Of a stretch of 8,236 bases of DNA, positions 7,281 to 8,236 are shown in pieces; the stretch's first letter is position 1; each line of letters begins with the position of its first letter. Source of the DNA: Octopus sinensis. Taxonomy: Eukaryota. The notes below the pieces were generated by a model. That model saw only the letters and a list, made by a program, of their open reading frames with translations, searched no databases and was not told the origin of the DNA. The stretch spans positions 1 through 8,236 of the forward strand of contig NW_021828487.1 in NCBI RefSeq assembly GCF_006345805.1. Direction: 5' to 3'. A program made the position numbers and the translations under genes.

Positions 7281-7810
7281 TAAGAGAAGAAAATGGATAT
7301 AATAACAATGGGAAACTCGTGTTTTATGCTGGTATATATCTGGTCTTTAATTAAATAGGTAACAAAGAGGGAAAAAGCAGAGATGAGGGTAGCATTTACG
7401 ATCGTTTCGATTTACCAGAGTAAATAAATCTCTTCAGAATACGAATATAGATAGATGCATCAGTTAGGATGCGAAAATAGTTGATACATATGTGCTGGTA
7501 ATGTAAACACAGTGGCAATTCTTACATTAAATTTTGTTCTTGCACTGGTAAATTCGCTTTGTAGAGGTTTGCTTGTGGTAGACTTGTTGGTTTCGTTGGG
7601 TAATTAGGGCGGGTTGAGTGTTATCTATGTGCGGGTTACCTCGTTTAATTAAGCACATTTTTACTCACGTGATACTTCCCTACATAGACATCTCGAGGGA
7701 GAGCTATCTCTTTATTCAAGAATGATTGGCAAAAGGGGCAAACAACACACCGTGTTTTAAACTGTGGACGTAAATTCAAGTTGATTAAAAACAACATTCT
7801 AACTTACGTA
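7278..7810 (-). mobile_element. PLE family 3 3' fragment (right boundary uncertain)
   Basis: Intact HHR at 7392-7442. Terminus GAATAAGAGAAGAAAATGGA resembles family 1 GAATAAATGAAAGAATGGA, both abutting (TA)n. The 11-mer GTGGACGTAAA is shared (7764-7774 vs 1441-1451). Confidence 0.65.
7392..7442 (-). ncRNA. Type I hammerhead ribozyme, core intact
   Basis: GTATT-CTGAAGA(7437-7431)-GATTTA-tttactctgg-TAAATC-GAAA(7408-7405)-C-GATC-GTA, cleavage 7397/7396, then AATGC. Stem I 5 bp (one G-U), stem II 6 bp perfect, stem III palindrome ACGATCGT. Confidence 0.85.
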
Positions 7811-7817
7811 CCTTTAT

Positions 7818-7875
7818 TTCTCTATCTAAATCTCTCTCTTTCTCTCTTTATCTATCTATCTATCTATCTCTGTCT
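7818..7875. repeat. (TC)n/(TATC)n tract
   Basis: Direct reading. Confidence 0.85.
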
Positions 7876-8123
7876 CACATTTATACATATCGTTCATAAT
7901 CAATGACATAACATAAACAGTAATTATTTAGATGATTCACTCAGACGAGTACAGTATATATTAGACTAGTTCTATACAAATAACCGCCATATTTATTAGC
8001 AAAAGAATTCAACCGGATAAGGTAAATAACACCAACTTCTCTTATATTTCTTTTCAATCAGACATCACCAGGATACTGCACGTTTTCCTCTCTTACTTTC
8101 TTAAACGCTTCTATATTGTATAG

Positions 8124-8236
8124 AATATAATAATAATAATAATATTAATATTAATAATAACAACAACAAACAACACTAATAATATTGATGATGATCATGA
8201 AGATAATAACAATGATAATAATATATAACAATTATA
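8124..8236. repeat. (AAT)/(AAC)/(GAT) trinucleotide low-complexity tract
   Basis: Direct reading. Confidence 0.9.

Noticed and set aside
709-7308. ORF-track ORFs rich in YI/HT/MYVC repeats and SINE-derived ORFs (e.g. 46-384, 3939-4181, 5556-5949)
   Set aside because: Translations of microsatellites or SINE sequence; no protein signal.
7640-7800. Minus-strand CVVCPFC...YVGK as a second GIY-YIG
   Set aside because: Wrong spacing to the catalytic Arg, several stops, and position corresponds to 3'UTR by analogy with family 1.
1-8236. CRISPR array or prokaryotic system
   Set aside because: No regularly spaced repeats with unique spacers; content is typical of an animal genome.

Overview
AT-rich, repeat-dominated eukaryotic DNA with no confidently identifiable host gene; almost all supplied ORFs are translations of microsatellites. 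The tRNA-derived SINE types resemble those I recall from octopus/cephalopod genomes (inference, not a search result). The window holds: (i) four Penelope-like retroelement (PLE) 3' fragments from about three families, each with a hammerhead ribozyme (HHR) motif and each ending at a (TA)n tract; one still encodes a frameshifted GIY-YIG endonuclease C-terminus (minus strand, 1484-1802) missed by the ORF track; (ii) six tRNA-SINE copies of at least three types; (iii) a TIR MITE carrying (TTAGGG)4, nested in a SINE; (iv) many microsatellites. Most notable is the HHR at 950-1056 (-): one catalytic core is flanked by two GUC-GAGAG cleavage contexts 93 nt apart, so it could fold as type I or type III and might excise a circularisable 93-nt RNA. 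A 16-bp fold-back joins two different PLE families head-to-head at 1789-1825.
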